Shown piece after piece: positions 11,839 through 23,056 of a stretch of 28,687 nt of DNA (positions are counted from its first letter, which is position 1; the number at the start of each line of letters is the position of its first letter). The DNA comes from Deinococcus radiodurans R1 = ATCC 13939 = DSM 20539 (GTDB lineage: Bacteria > Deinococcota > Deinococci > Deinococcales > Deinococcaceae), in the NCBI RefSeq assembly GCF_000008565.1, contig NC_001263.1, positions 1,351,487-1,380,173 on the forward strand. The letters run 5' to 3'. The notes under the pieces were generated by a model that saw nothing but the letters and a program-made list of their open reading frames with translations, did no database searches and was not told where the DNA came from. Position numbers and translations under genes: made by a program.

Positions 11839-12816
11839 GTGACCTTACCGTCCTCCCCCCCAGCCTTGCACTTCGAAGGCGTCAGCAAAACCTACCCCGG
11901 CCAGCCGGCGCCGGCGCTGAGCGATTTGACCCTCACCGTTGCGCGCGGCAGCCGCACCGGCATCATCGGACGCAGCGGCGCAGGCAAAAGCACGCTGGTG
12001 CGGCTGATTTCCGGGCTCGAAACGCCCGATGCGGGCCGGCTGCTCGTGCAGGGCCAGGACGTGACCCGGCTGGGCCGCGCCGAGCAGCGCCAGCGTCAGG
12101 CGCGCACCGGACTGGTCTTTCAGCACTTCAACCTGCTCGCGCAGCCCACGGTGCTCGGCAACGTGACCCTGCCGCTCGAACTCGCCGGGCAGCCCCGCGC
12201 GCAGCGGGAACAACGCGCGCTGGAACTGCTCGAACAGGTGGGTCTGGCCGATTTCGCCCGCCGCTACCCCGCGCAACTGTCCGGCGGGCAAAAGCAGCGC
12301 GTCGGCATTGCGCGCGCGCTGGTGACTGGCCCCGACCTGCTGCTCGCCGACGAGGCGACGAGTGCGCTCGACCCCGAGACGAGCGCCGGGATTCTGGACC
12401 TGCTCACCCGCTTGCAGCGCGAGCGCGACCTGACGCTGCTTATCGTCACGCACCAGCTCGAAGTCGTGCGGGCGGCGACCACCCACGTCGCGGTGCTCGA
12501 CCGGGGGCGACTGGTGGAGCAGGGCCCTACCCGACACCTGCTTGCGCAGCCGCAGCACGAGGTGACGCGCGCGCTGCTCGACGCCCACCGCCCCGAGGTC
12601 ACGCTCGGCGCCGGAGAAGTGCTGCGGCACGTCAATCTGGACGACCTCGGCGCCCAGACGCTTGCGGCACTGGCCCGGCTCGGCGCGCGGCTGGTGCAGG
12701 CCGAGGCCCACCCGCAGGGCGTGGACGCTTGGCTGGTCGTGCGCGAGGACGCGGGCGACCTGTCCGCGCTGCGGCCCTCGGCTGAGGTCTGGACGCCCGC
12801 GCCGGTGAGCGCATGA
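11839..12816 (+). CDS. metN: methionine ABC transporter ATP-binding protein
   Basis: 325-aa ORF with Walker A GRSGAGKST, signature LSGGQKQRV, Walker B LLLADEATSALD and a C-terminal NIL-like domain. GTG start, with GGAGG 8 nt upstream. Confidence 0.92.
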   Translation: MTLPSSPPALHFEGVSKTYPGQPAPALSDLTLTVARGSRTGIIGRSGAGKSTLVRLISGLETPDAGRLLVQGQDVTRLGRAEQRQRQARTGLVFQHFNLLAQPTVLGNVTLPLELAGQPRAQREQRALELLEQVGLADFARRYPAQLSGGQKQRVGIARALVTGPDLLLADEATSALDPETSAGILDLLTRLQRERDLTLLIVTHQLEVVRAATTHVAVLDRGRLVEQGPTRHLLAQPQHEVTRALLDAHRPEVTLGAGEVLRHVNLDDLGAQTLAALARLGARLVQAEAHPQGVDAWLVVREDAGDLSALRPSAEVWTPAPVSA

Positions 12817-13469
12817 GTTGGGCCGAGCTCGGGCCGCTGCTGTGGCAGGGCACGCTGGAAACGCTGTGGATGGTGCTCCCCGCCGCGCTGATTGCCGAGG
12901 TGCTCGGCGTGGCGCTGGGGGTGCTGCTCACGCTGACGCGGCCCGGCGGGCTCAAGGCGAACGGCGTGGTCTTTCGGGTGCTCGACGCCCTGGTCAATAT
13001 CGGACGCAGCCTGCCGTTCATCATCCTGCTGGTGCTGCTCATTCCGCTGACCCGCCTGGTGACGGGCACCTCCATCGGCTCCACCGCCGCCATCGTGCCG
13101 CTGACCATCGCCGCGATTCCCTTCGTGGCCCGGCTGGTGGACGGCGCCCTGCGCGACGTGCCGCACGGCGTGACCGAGGCCGCCCGCGCGATGGGCGCGA
13201 GCACCGCTCAGGTCGTCGGCAAGGTGCTGCTTCCCGAGGCGCGGCCCGCGCTCATTCACTCGTTCACCGTCATGTTTGTCAGCCTCATCGGGTACTCGGC
13301 CATGGCCGGGGCCATCGGTGGCGGGGGGCTGGGTGACCTGGCGATTCGCTACGGCTACCAGCGCTTCGAAACCGGCGTGATGATCGCCACCGTTCTCGTG
13401 TTGCTGCTGCTGGTGCAGGGCGCGCAGTGGCTCGGCGACCGCGCCGCCGCCCGCGCCGACCACCGCTGA
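12813..13469 (+). CDS. metI: methionine ABC transporter permease
   Basis: 218-aa ORF overlapping metN by 4 nt (ATGA). It has multiple transmembrane segments and the EAA-type loop (TEAARAMGAS). Confidence 0.92.
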   Translation: MSWAELGPLLWQGTLETLWMVLPAALIAEVLGVALGVLLTLTRPGGLKANGVVFRVLDALVNIGRSLPFIILLVLLIPLTRLVTGTSIGSTAAIVPLTIAAIPFVARLVDGALRDVPHGVTEAARAMGASTAQVVGKVLLPEARPALIHSFTVMFVSLIGYSAMAGAIGGGGLGDLAIRYGYQRFETGVMIATVLVLLLLVQGAQWLGDRAAARADHR

Positions 13470-13488
13470 CCCCCTCAAGGAGCCGACC

Positions 13489-14259
13489 ATGCGTAAGATT
13501 TTTGCTCTGTCCACCTTCGCTTTCGCCTCGCTTGCCAGCGCGGGCACCCTGCGCGTCGCCGCGACGCCAGTGCCGGCGGGGGAACTGCTCGAATTCGTCA
13601 AGCCCATCCTCGCCAAACAGGGCGTCAAGCTCGAAATCCGTGAATTTACCGACTACGTGCAGCCCAACGTGGCCCTCGGCGAAGGCAGCGTGGACGCCAA
13701 CCTTTTTCAGCACACGCCGTATCTCAATGCCTTTCAGCAAAACCGCCCGCTTGGCATCGTCCCGGTGAAAAAGATCTACCTGCCGCCGCTCGGGCTCTAC
13801 AGCAAACGCGTGAGCAAGGTCACCGAGTTGGCAAAGGGTGCCACCATCGCCCTGCCCAACGACCCGAGCAACGAGGCGCGCGCCCTGCTGCTGCTCGAAA
13901 AAGCGGGCCTGATTCGCCTGCGCGCCGGCGCTGGGGTGAGTGCCACGCCCAAAGACATCATCAGCAACATCAAGGGGCTCAAGTTCCGCGAACTCGAAGC
14001 CGCGCAGTTGCCGCGCTCGTTGCAGGACGTCGACGCCGCCATCGTCAACGCGAACTACGCGCTCGACATCGGCCTCGACCCGACCAAAGACGCCCTGTTT
14101 CACGAGGGCAAAAACAGCCCGTACGTCAACATTCTGGCGACCACCAAGGCCAACCTGAACAACCCCGACCTGAAAAAGCTCACCGCCGCGCTCACCAGCC
14201 CGGAGGCGAAAGCCTGGCTGCTGAAGAAGTACGGCGGCAGCGTGATTCCGGCGTTCTGA
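13489..14259 (+). CDS. metQ: MetQ/NlpA-family methionine-binding protein, copy 1 (signal peptide without lipobox Cys)
   Basis: 256-aa ORF with AAGGAG upstream. NlpA-family blocks: FTDYVQPN, FQH.PYL, ALPNDPSN, NYAL. Confidence 0.9.
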   Translation: MRKIFALSTFAFASLASAGTLRVAATPVPAGELLEFVKPILAKQGVKLEIREFTDYVQPNVALGEGSVDANLFQHTPYLNAFQQNRPLGIVPVKKIYLPPLGLYSKRVSKVTELAKGATIALPNDPSNEARALLLLEKAGLIRLRAGAGVSATPKDIISNIKGLKFRELEAAQLPRSLQDVDAAIVNANYALDIGLDPTKDALFHEGKNSPYVNILATTKANLNNPDLKKLTAALTSPEAKAWLLKKYGGSVIPAF

Positions 14260-14290
14260 GCTCTTTCTCTCCACTCCAAAGGAAATCACC

Positions 14291-15061
14291 ATGCGTAAAA
14301 CTCTGATGCTGGCCGCCCTGCTCCTTCCCTCCACCGCTGCGGCGGGCACCCTGCGCGTCGGAGCGAGCCCGGTGCCGCACGCCGAGCTGCTCGAATTCGT
14401 CAAGCCCCTGCTCGCCAAGCAGGGCGTCAAGCTCGAAATCCGCGAATTTACCGATTACGTGCAGCCCAATGTGGCGCTCGCGGACGGGGCCATCGACGTG
14501 AACTTCTTCCAGCACGTCCCGTACCTGAACAGCTTCCAGCAAAATCGTCCGCTCGGCATCGTCGCCGGGGCGAAGGTGCACGTGGAGCCGATGGGCGTCT
14601 ACAGCAAGCGCGTCAGGAAGCTGAGCGACCTCAAAAACGGCGCCACCATCGCGCTGCCGAACGACCCGAGCAACAGTGGCCGCGCCCTGAAACTCCTCGA
14701 ACGGGCGGGCCTGATTCGCCTGAAACCCTCGGCGGGCATCAGCGCCACGGTGCGGGACATCACGACCAACCTCAAGCGCCTGAAATTCCGCGAGCTCGAA
14801 GCGGCGCAGCTCCCGCGTGCCCTCGGAGACGTGGACGCCGCCGTCATCAACACCAATTACGCGCTCGAAGCGGGCCTCAACCCCCTGAAAGACGCGCTGA
14901 AGCTCGAAGACAAGAACAGCCCCTACGCCAACGTGCTCGCCGCCAAGCCCGCCACCCTGAAAAACCCCGATTACCTCAAGCTGGTCAGGGTCCTTCAGAG
15001 CAAGGAGACGAAGGCCTTTATTCTGAAAAAGTACGGCGGGGCCATCGTTCCGGCGTTCTGA
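14291..15061 (+). CDS. metQ: MetQ/NlpA-family methionine-binding protein, copy 2 (tandem paralogue)
   Basis: 256-aa ORF, the same length as copy 1 and roughly two-thirds identical by eye. AAGGAAAT lies upstream. Confidence 0.9.
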   Translation: MRKTLMLAALLLPSTAAAGTLRVGASPVPHAELLEFVKPLLAKQGVKLEIREFTDYVQPNVALADGAIDVNFFQHVPYLNSFQQNRPLGIVAGAKVHVEPMGVYSKRVRKLSDLKNGATIALPNDPSNSGRALKLLERAGLIRLKPSAGISATVRDITTNLKRLKFRELEAAQLPRALGDVDAAVINTNYALEAGLNPLKDALKLEDKNSPYANVLAAKPATLKNPDYLKLVRVLQSKETKAFILKKYGGAIVPAF

Positions 15062-15074
15062 GTTAGGGCAAGGA

Positions 15075-15112
15075 GGGAGGCGAGGACTTGAACCTCGCCT
15101 TCCATTCTTTTC
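15075..15112 (+). terminator. intrinsic terminator of the met operon
   Basis: GGGAGGCGAGG-ACTTGAA-CCTCGCCTTCC hairpin followed by ATTCTTTTC. It abuts the stop codon of the convergent gene. Confidence 0.6.
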
Positions 15113-15815
15113 AGCCCATCTTGCCGCTGCGGATCACGTCGGCAATCACTGGCGGCAGGTTCCAGGCCATGATGTCGAAGGCGCTCGACGAGTAGTCGTA
15201 AGGCACCTTGTGCAGGCTGATCTTGGGCTTGCGGCCCACGCAGTCCACGATGGCGACGTCAGCACCCGGCTCGTGGTTGAGCGAGAGCCCCACGCTGCCG
15301 GGGTCGACGAAGGTCGTTTCGTCCACCGTCCGCACGAAGGGGACGTGGGTGCCGCCCACCACGATCACCCGCGCGGCGAGGGGTTCGGCCAGCCGCCGCA
15401 GCTCGGTTTCGCTGCTCATCAGGTCGAGGCGCTGCTCGGGGTCGTGCGGCGAGCCGTGGAAATAGCGCACGCGACCGATCGGGGTGGTCAGGCGCCCGCC
15501 CGGGGGCAAGCGGCGCAGAAAGTCGAGTTGGGCGGGCGAGAGCGTCTTACGCGTCCACTGCAACACCTGATCGGCCACCCCGCGCCGGCCCTCGCGCTCG
15601 CCGAAATCCAGCGCCACCCGCAGGTCGCTGCTGCCCATGCTCGCCGGCCAGCCCTCGCGCTGCACGAAATCGATCACCGGCCCCGGTGAGGCGCCGTAGC
15701 CCACCAGGTCCCCGACGACCACCACCTGATTGACAATCTGCTCGTTCAGGAAGCGCTTGACCGCGGTCAGGGCATGGATATTACCGTGGAGGTCACTGAG
15801 AAAGGCGATTCGCAA
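15111..15815 (-). CDS. metallophosphoesterase family protein
   Basis: 234-aa ORF with the calcineurin-like motifs LSDLHGN, GDLVGYG and GGTHVPF. The apparent start is TTG at 15815. Confidence 0.85.
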   Translation of the reverse strand: MRIAFLSDLHGNIHALTAVKRFLNEQIVNQVVVVGDLVGYGASPGPVIDFVQREGWPASMGSSDLRVALDFGEREGRRGVADQVLQWTRKTLSPAQLDFLRRLPPGGRLTTPIGRVRYFHGSPHDPEQRLDLMSSETELRRLAEPLAARVIVVGGTHVPFVRTVDETTFVDPGSVGLSLNHEPGADVAIVDCVGRKPKISLHKVPYDYSSSAFDIMAWNLPPVIADVIRSGKMG

Positions 15816-15844
15816 GGTGTTGCCATCCTAATGCACTTTGGCTC

Positions 15845-15850
15845 TACTCT
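15845..15850 (+). promoter_or_regulatory. candidate -10 hexamer TACTCT, 7 nt before the ATG at 15858
   Basis: GGCTCTACTCTGCCCGTGATG. This supports 15858 as the start of the NlpC/P60 gene. Confidence 0.4.
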
Positions 15851-15857
15851 GCCCGTG

Positions 15858-16712
15858 ATGTCCCCCCTGCCCCCCGCCGACCCACGCCTGTTCGCCCACG
15901 ACCCCCGGCGCCGCTGGTCCGAGGCGCCCGCCCCGGACGGCTGGCGCGAGCTGCACCCGGCCCTGGCCCGCGCCCAGGCGCGCACCTCGCTGCGCGCCGC
16001 CCCGGACGCACGGGCCACGCAGGTCAGCGAGGCGTTGCCCGGCGAGGCCCTCGAGCGGCTGGCCGACGAGGGCGAGTGGGCCTGGGTCCGCACCCCGCAC
16101 GACGGCTACCTGGGCTGGGTGCGGCAGCAGGAGGTCGGCCCCGCCTGGGCACCCGAGCTGACGGTCACGGCGCTGCGGGCACACGCTTACGCCGAGCCCC
16201 GTGTCAGTGCGTTGATCGTCGCCGAGCTGTGCCGGGGCGCCCGGCTCTCACGCGGCGCAGGCGAGCGCGTTACCGAGGACCACCGCTGCTGGCAGCCAGT
16301 TACGCTACCGGACGGGCAGGCGGCGTGGGTGCAAGAGGTGATTCTGGCGAAGGTGGACGTGTCTGACCCGGCGACCTTCGCGCTGTCGCTGCTTGGGGCG
16401 CCCTACGTCTGGGGCGGGCGCAGCGCGTGGGGGCTGGATTGCTCGGGGCTCACGCAACTGGCGTATGCGGCGTGCGGCGCCGCGCTGCCCCGCGACGCCG
16501 ACCAGCAGGAAGCGGCGCTGCAACGGGTGGCGGTGCCACAGCGCGGCGACCTCGCCTTCTTTCCGGGGCACGTCGGGCTGATGCTGGACGGGCGGCGCAT
16601 GGTCCACGCCAACGCGACGGCGATGGCGGTGTCGGTGGACACCCTCGGTGAAGGCGACTACGGCGGGCGGCTGCTCGCCTCGCTGCGCGGGTACGGGCGG
16701 TGGCCCACGTGA
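15858..16712 (+). CDS. SH3b + NlpC/P60 (C40) peptidase without signal peptide (gamma-D-glutamyl-diamino-acid endopeptidase-like)
   Basis: An NlpC/P60 core (YVWGGRSAWGLDCSGLTQLAY...GDLAFFPGHVGLML...VHAN) is preceded by an SH3-like segment (WAWVRTPHDGYLGWV). The ORF is open from 15774, but that part overlaps the divergent gene. Confidence 0.85.
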   Translation: MSPLPPADPRLFAHDPRRRWSEAPAPDGWRELHPALARAQARTSLRAAPDARATQVSEALPGEALERLADEGEWAWVRTPHDGYLGWVRQQEVGPAWAPELTVTALRAHAYAEPRVSALIVAELCRGARLSRGAGERVTEDHRCWQPVTLPDGQAAWVQEVILAKVDVSDPATFALSLLGAPYVWGGRSAWGLDCSGLTQLAYAACGAALPRDADQQEAALQRVAVPQRGDLAFFPGHVGLMLDGRRMVHANATAMAVSVDTLGEGDYGGRLLASLRGYGRWPT

Positions 16713-17911
16713 TCCGGGTCGCGGTGATCGGCTGCGGCAACCGGGGCGCCGATGTCTACGCCCGGCACCTGACGGCGCAGGGGGCGCAGGTGGGGTGGCT
16801 GGTGGACCCGCGCCCGGCCCGGTTGCGGGAGGTTGCTGCGCGGTTTGGAGTGCCGGAGCAGGCTTGTTTTGCCAACGCTGCCGCTTTTTTCGCGCTCGGG
16901 CGGGTGGCCGACGCGGTGGTCATCGCCACGCCGGACGACCAGCACGTGGGGCCGTGCCTCGACGCACTGGCGCTCGGGTACGACGTGCTGCTCGAAAAGC
17001 CGGTGTGTCTGGTGGAAGAAGACCTGGAGCGGCTGCTCAGGGCGGAGGCGGCCTCGGGCGGGCAGGTCACGGTCTGCCATGTGCTGCGGGCGACTGCTTT
17101 CTTTCAGGCGGTCTACGAGGTGCTGACCAGCGGACGGCTCGGGCGGCTGGTCGGGATTCAGCACGCCGAGAACGTCGCTTTCTGGCACTACGCGCACTCC
17201 TACGTGCGCGGCAACTGGCGGCAGTCGCCTCCCGCCGCGCCGTTTTTGCTCGCCAAGAGCGTGCACGACCTCGACCTGCTGCGCTGGTTTGCGGGGGCAG
17301 CCCCGCAGACGGTGAGCAGTGCGGGCGCATTGGTGCATTTCCGGCCTGAGAATGCCCCACCGGGGGCTGCGCGGCGCTGCGTGGCGTGTCCGCTGACCGC
17401 TTGCCCCTATGACGCCCGGCGCATTTATAGCCGCTTTCCGCTGGACGCCTGGCCGAACACGGTGCTGACGGCGGGCGACCTGAGCGTGGAAGACGCCCTC
17501 GCGCACGGGCCTTACGGCGAGTGCGTCTACAACGGGCAGAACAATGTCGTTGACCATCAGGCCGTGACTGCCACCTTCGCGGGCGGGGTCACGGCGCAGC
17601 TCACGGTGAGTGCTTTCACGCACAACAACACGCGGACGCTGAAGCTGCTTGGGACGCACGGAGAAGTGCGGGCACACATGGATCTCGGCGAGCTTGAGCT
17701 GCACGACTTCGCCTCTGGGCAGGTCGAGCGCTGGCACGTTCCGGTCACTGGAAATCACGGCGGCGGGGACGCCGGGCTGGTCGCCGCCTGGCTGCGTTTT
17801 CTGCGGGGTGAGGCGCCCGTGCCCACGCCGCTCGCCGAGTCGCTCGATTCGCACCGGCTGGCCTTCGCGGCGGAGCGGGCGCGGCTTAGAGGAACGGTCG
17901 AGCGGCTCTAA
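16700..17911 (+). CDS. Gfo/Idh/MocA family oxidoreductase
   Basis: It has an N-terminal Rossmann motif (IRVAVIGCGNRG) and EKP (LLEKPV). GTG at 16709 forms a GTGA overlap with the upstream stop codon and is the likelier start. Confidence 0.87.
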   Translation: MAHVIRVAVIGCGNRGADVYARHLTAQGAQVGWLVDPRPARLREVAARFGVPEQACFANAAAFFALGRVADAVVIATPDDQHVGPCLDALALGYDVLLEKPVCLVEEDLERLLRAEAASGGQVTVCHVLRATAFFQAVYEVLTSGRLGRLVGIQHAENVAFWHYAHSYVRGNWRQSPPAAPFLLAKSVHDLDLLRWFAGAAPQTVSSAGALVHFRPENAPPGAARRCVACPLTACPYDARRIYSRFPLDAWPNTVLTAGDLSVEDALAHGPYGECVYNGQNNVVDHQAVTATFAGGVTAQLTVSAFTHNNTRTLKLLGTHGEVRAHMDLGELELHDFASGQVERWHVPVTGNHGGGDAGLVAAWLRFLRGEAPVPTPLAESLDSHRLAFAAERARLRGTVERL

Positions 17912-17912
17912 C

Positions 17913-18848
<936 letters not shown>

Positions 18849-18884
18849 CTCCAGCTTATTAGACTGCCCGGCGGAGGGCTATCC

Positions 18885-19250
18885 ATGCTGCGTTTCTTCT
18901 GTGCTTCTTTACTGTTGACCGGTCTGCTCGCGTCCTGTACCCCGCGCGTCACCACCGTTGCCGGCGTGACCGTCACCCCGGTGCTTATCAAGGTCTCCGA
19001 GGGCGCCGCTCCCGGTGACACCCTCACCATCCAGGGCCGCTACCTCGGCAACGCCCAGACCGCCCGCGTCATCATCGGCGCCGACGAAAACGGTCAGGGC
19101 GGCACCGCTTTCCCGGCCAGCGCCGTGCAGAGCTGGAGCGACACCGAAATCGTCCTCAAGGTGCCCGAAGGGATGCCGGCGGGTGGCTCGTGGCTCTTTG
19201 TCGAAGTCGGTGGCAAGCGCTCGACGGGCCTGCGCGTCAGCGTTCGCTGA
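18885..19250 (+). CDS. small lipoprotein with an IPT/TIG-like beta-sandwich domain
   Basis: Start chosen at the ATG at 18885, with GGAGGG 6 nt upstream. It has a signal peptide with the lipobox LLASC. The TLTIQGRYLG...TEIVLKVPEG pattern is IPT/TIG-like. Confidence 0.7.
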   Translation: MLRFFCASLLLTGLLASCTPRVTTVAGVTVTPVLIKVSEGAAPGDTLTIQGRYLGNAQTARVIIGADENGQGGTAFPASAVQSWSDTEIVLKVPEGMPAGGSWLFVEVGGKRSTGLRVSVR

Positions 19251-19255
19251 GGGAC

Positions 19256-19283
19256 GGGGGGAGCGGTGGGCTCCCTGTTTTTG
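19256..19283 (+). terminator. intrinsic terminator of the lipoprotein gene
   Basis: GGGAGC-GGTGG-GCTCCC followed by TGTTTTTGG. Confidence 0.65.
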
Positions 19284-19344
19284 GCATGTGATTGTGAAAA
19301 AAATATTTTGTTTGGTATGAGGTGATTATTTTCTCTAAATTGAC

Positions 19345-19375
19345 TGAAAAAGCAGCGGAGGCACAAGCTCCGCTG
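19345..19375 (-). terminator. intrinsic terminator of the pdxS-pdxT-aspartate kinase unit
   Basis: On the minus strand, CAGCGGAG-(7 nt)-CTCCGCTG is followed by CTTTTTCAG. Confidence 0.65.
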
Positions 19376-19388
19376 AGAAAGCCGGGGC

Positions 19389-20810
<1,422 letters not shown>

Positions 20811-20815
20811 GCCGC

Positions 20816-21406
20816 CTAGTATGCCCGCTCGCCCGCGAGGCCGAGAAACACCCGGTGCAGACGTGTGTCTTCCGTCAGTTCAGGATGAAAAGCACTCGCC
20901 AGGACGCGGCCCTGCTGCACGTGCGCGGTCCGGTCGCCGAGGGTCGCGAGGGCCCGCGCCGCCGGGCCCACCCGCGTGATGACCGGGGCGCGGATAAAGA
21001 CGGCGGGAAACGGCGCGTCGAGCCCGGCAATGTCGAGTGGGGCGGTGAACGAGTCCACCTGCCGCCCGAAGGCGTTGCGCTGCACGGTGATGTCGAGCAG
21101 CCCCAGCCCCGGCTGCGGCGGCAGCGAGGGACTGCCGCCCATCACCTCGCGCGCCAGCACGATGGCGCCCGCGCAGGTGCCCCACAGCGCCCCGCCGGCG
21201 GCATGAAAGTCGCGCAGGGGGTGCCAGAGGCCGCCTTCCGTGAGCAGCCGGACCATCGTCGTGGACTCGCCGCCCGGCAGGATCAGCCCGCTCAGGCCGG
21301 CGAGATCGGCGGGCAGGCGCACCTCGCGGACCCCGGCGCCGAGCTGCTCGAGGCGCTGGCGGTGCTCGCGAAAGGCGCCTTGCAGCGCGAGAACGCCGAC
21401 GGTCAC
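20816..21406 (-). CDS. pdxT: pyridoxal 5'-phosphate synthase glutaminase subunit
   Basis: 196-aa ORF with [13 protein letters not shown], the catalytic Cys context WGTCAG and FHPE. It overlaps pdxS by 4 nt. Confidence 0.95.
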   Translation of the reverse strand: MTVGVLALQGAFREHRQRLEQLGAGVREVRLPADLAGLSGLILPGGESTTMVRLLTEGGLWHPLRDFHAAGGALWGTCAGAIVLAREVMGGSPSLPPQPGLGLLDITVQRNAFGRQVDSFTAPLDIAGLDAPFPAVFIRAPVITRVGPAARALATLGDRTAHVQQGRVLASAFHPELTEDTRLHRVFLGLAGERAY

Positions 21407-22293
21407 CAGCCGCGCGACGCCAGCCGCGCCTCCGGAATCAGCTCGTCGATGTTGATCCCGGTCATCGGGGCGCCGAGGTCCTCGCTCACTTCGGCGAGAA
21501 TGTCGGGGTTCTGAAAGTGCGTCACGGCGCGGACGATGGCCTGCGCGCGGCGCTCGGGATTGGCCGACTTGAAGATGCCGCTGCCCACGAACACGCCGTC
21601 GAGGCCGAGCTGCATCATCAGCGCCGCGTCGGCGGGGGTGGCCACGCCGCCGGCAGCGAAGTTCACGACCGGCAGTTGGCCGTGTGCGTGGACGTACTGC
21701 ACGAGGTCGTAGGGCGCTTGCAGGTCGCGGGCCACCGTCATCAGTTCCTCGGCGGGGCGAGATTGGACGGCGCGGATGTCGCCGAGCACGGCGCGGGCGT
21801 GCCGCACGGCCTCGACCACGTTGCCGGTGCCGGCTTCGCCCTTGGTGCGGATCATGCTCGCGCCCTCGCCCACCCGGCGCAGCGCCTCGCCGAGGTTCTT
21901 GGCGCCGCAGACGAAGGGCACCTTGAAGTCGCGTTTGAGGATGTGAAACTGCTCGTCGGCGGGGGTCAGCACCTCGGACTCGTCGATGAAGTCCACCCCG
22001 ATGGCCTGCAGAATCTGCGCCTCCACGACGTGCCCGATGCGGACTTTGGCCATGACGGGAATGCTCACGGCCGCCATGATTTCCCGGATCATCTTGGGAT
22101 CGCTCATGCGCGCCACGCCGCCGTCCTTGCGGATGTCGGCGGGCACGCGCTCGAGCGCCATCACGGCGGTCGCGCCCGCCGCCTCGGCGATGCGGGCCTG
22201 GTCGGCGGTCACCACGTCCATGATGACGCCGCCCTTGAACATCTCGGCGAAGCCCTGCTTGAGCTGCGGCGTTCCGGTCTGCTGTTCGGTCAT
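21403..22293 (-). CDS. pdxS: pyridoxal 5'-phosphate synthase lyase subunit
   Basis: Start chosen at MTEQQTG...[14 protein letters not shown], codon 68 of the 363-aa ORF. The sequence is highly conserved SNZ/PdxS throughout ([30 protein letters not shown]). Confidence 0.96.
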   Translation of the reverse strand: MTEQQTGTPQLKQGFAEMFKGGVIMDVVTADQARIAEAAGATAVMALERVPADIRKDGGVARMSDPKMIREIMAAVSIPVMAKVRIGHVVEAQILQAIGVDFIDESEVLTPADEQFHILKRDFKVPFVCGAKNLGEALRRVGEGASMIRTKGEAGTGNVVEAVRHARAVLGDIRAVQSRPAEELMTVARDLQAPYDLVQYVHAHGQLPVVNFAAGGVATPADAALMMQLGLDGVFVGSGIFKSANPERRAQAIVRAVTHFQNPDILAEVSEDLGAPMTGINIDELIPEARLASRGW

Positions 22294-22300
22294 GCGGCGC

Positions 22301-22306
22301 AGCTTA
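22301..22306 (-). promoter_or_regulatory. candidate -10 hexamer TAAGCT, 7 nt before the pdxS ATG (leaderless)
   Basis: The minus strand reads GTCCTAAGCTGCGCCGCATG. This supports 22293 as the start rather than the longer ORF. Confidence 0.5.
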
Positions 22307-22426
22307 GGACGAGGCTGGCCCCGCACCTGGGGGCAGTTGCCGTGAGGTGAGGGGGTCAGTTGGCCCCGCCTTGAGCCTGAGCGGGGAAGCCGCCACAATG
22401 GAGGGCGTGCAGAAGCAGGGGGAACA

Positions 22427-23056
22427 GTGAGTGTGCCGGCGGTTCTGGCGGGCATCCGGGAGGCCGAGGCGCAGGCCGGGCGCGCGGCGGGCACGGTGCG
22501 CCTCGTCGCGGTGACGAAGGGGCATTCGCTCGACGAGATTCGCGGGCAGGTCCTCGCCCACGGCGACTTTCCGCTGGCCGAGAACCGGGGTCAGGAGCTG
22601 CGCGACAAGGTGGCCGGGTTGCCCGGGGCCGAGTGGCATTTCATCGGGCCTTTGCAGCGCAACAAGATCAAGTACCTGCGCGGTGTGACGCTGGTGCATT
22701 CCATCGAGGAGCCCTGGCAGGCGCAGGCCATTGCCGACGCGGCAGCGGAGTGGGGCCAGGCGCCCGCCGTGCTGTTGCAGCGTCACAACGGCGAGGGGCA
22801 AAAGCACGGCGTGTTGCCTGACGACCTGCCCGCCGTCCTGCGCGAGGTGCGGGCGACGGGGCTGGAGGTGCGCGGCCTGATGGCGATGGCGCCTTACGAC
22901 GACGAGGCGCGGGCGGCGCAAGTGTTTGCCGACACGGCGCGGCAGGCCCAGGACCTGGGGCTCGTGGAGCTCAGCATGGGCATGAGCGGCGATTATCCCC
23001 TCGCGGTCGCGGCGGGGGCCACCCTGGTGCGGGTCGGTCGGAGTCTGTTCGCATGA
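22427..23056 (+). CDS. yggS: YggS-family pyridoxal-phosphate-binding (PLP homeostasis) protein
   Basis: 209-aa ORF with LVAVTKGHS (PLP lysine), [18 protein letters not shown] and [11 protein letters not shown] start, with GGGGGA upstream. Confidence 0.9.
   Translation: MSVPAVLAGIREAEAQAGRAAGTVRLVAVTKGHSLDEIRGQVLAHGDFPLAENRGQELRDKVAGLPGAEWHFIGPLQRNKIKYLRGVTLVHSIEEPWQAQAIADAAAEWGQAPAVLLQRHNGEGQKHGVLPDDLPAVLREVRATGLEVRGLMAMAPYDDEARAAQVFADTARQAQDLGLVELSMGMSGDYPLAVAAGATLVRVGRSLFA

Noticed and set aside
22315-22369. Repeated 9-mer TGGCCCCGC in the pdxS/yggS intergenic region.
   Set aside because: A short, GC-rich repeat like this is expected by chance here. It is mentioned under the pdxS/yggS finding but is not supported as an operator on its own.
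22294-22494. 67-codon N-terminal extension of the pdxS ORF. A similar 74-codon extension of the LolA-like ORF lies at 24746-24967.
   Set aside because: The extensions are Arg/Pro/Ala-rich, and the LolA-like one overlaps the neighbouring gene. Conserved N-termini and leaderless -10 hexamers support the internal ATGs at 22293 and 24745.
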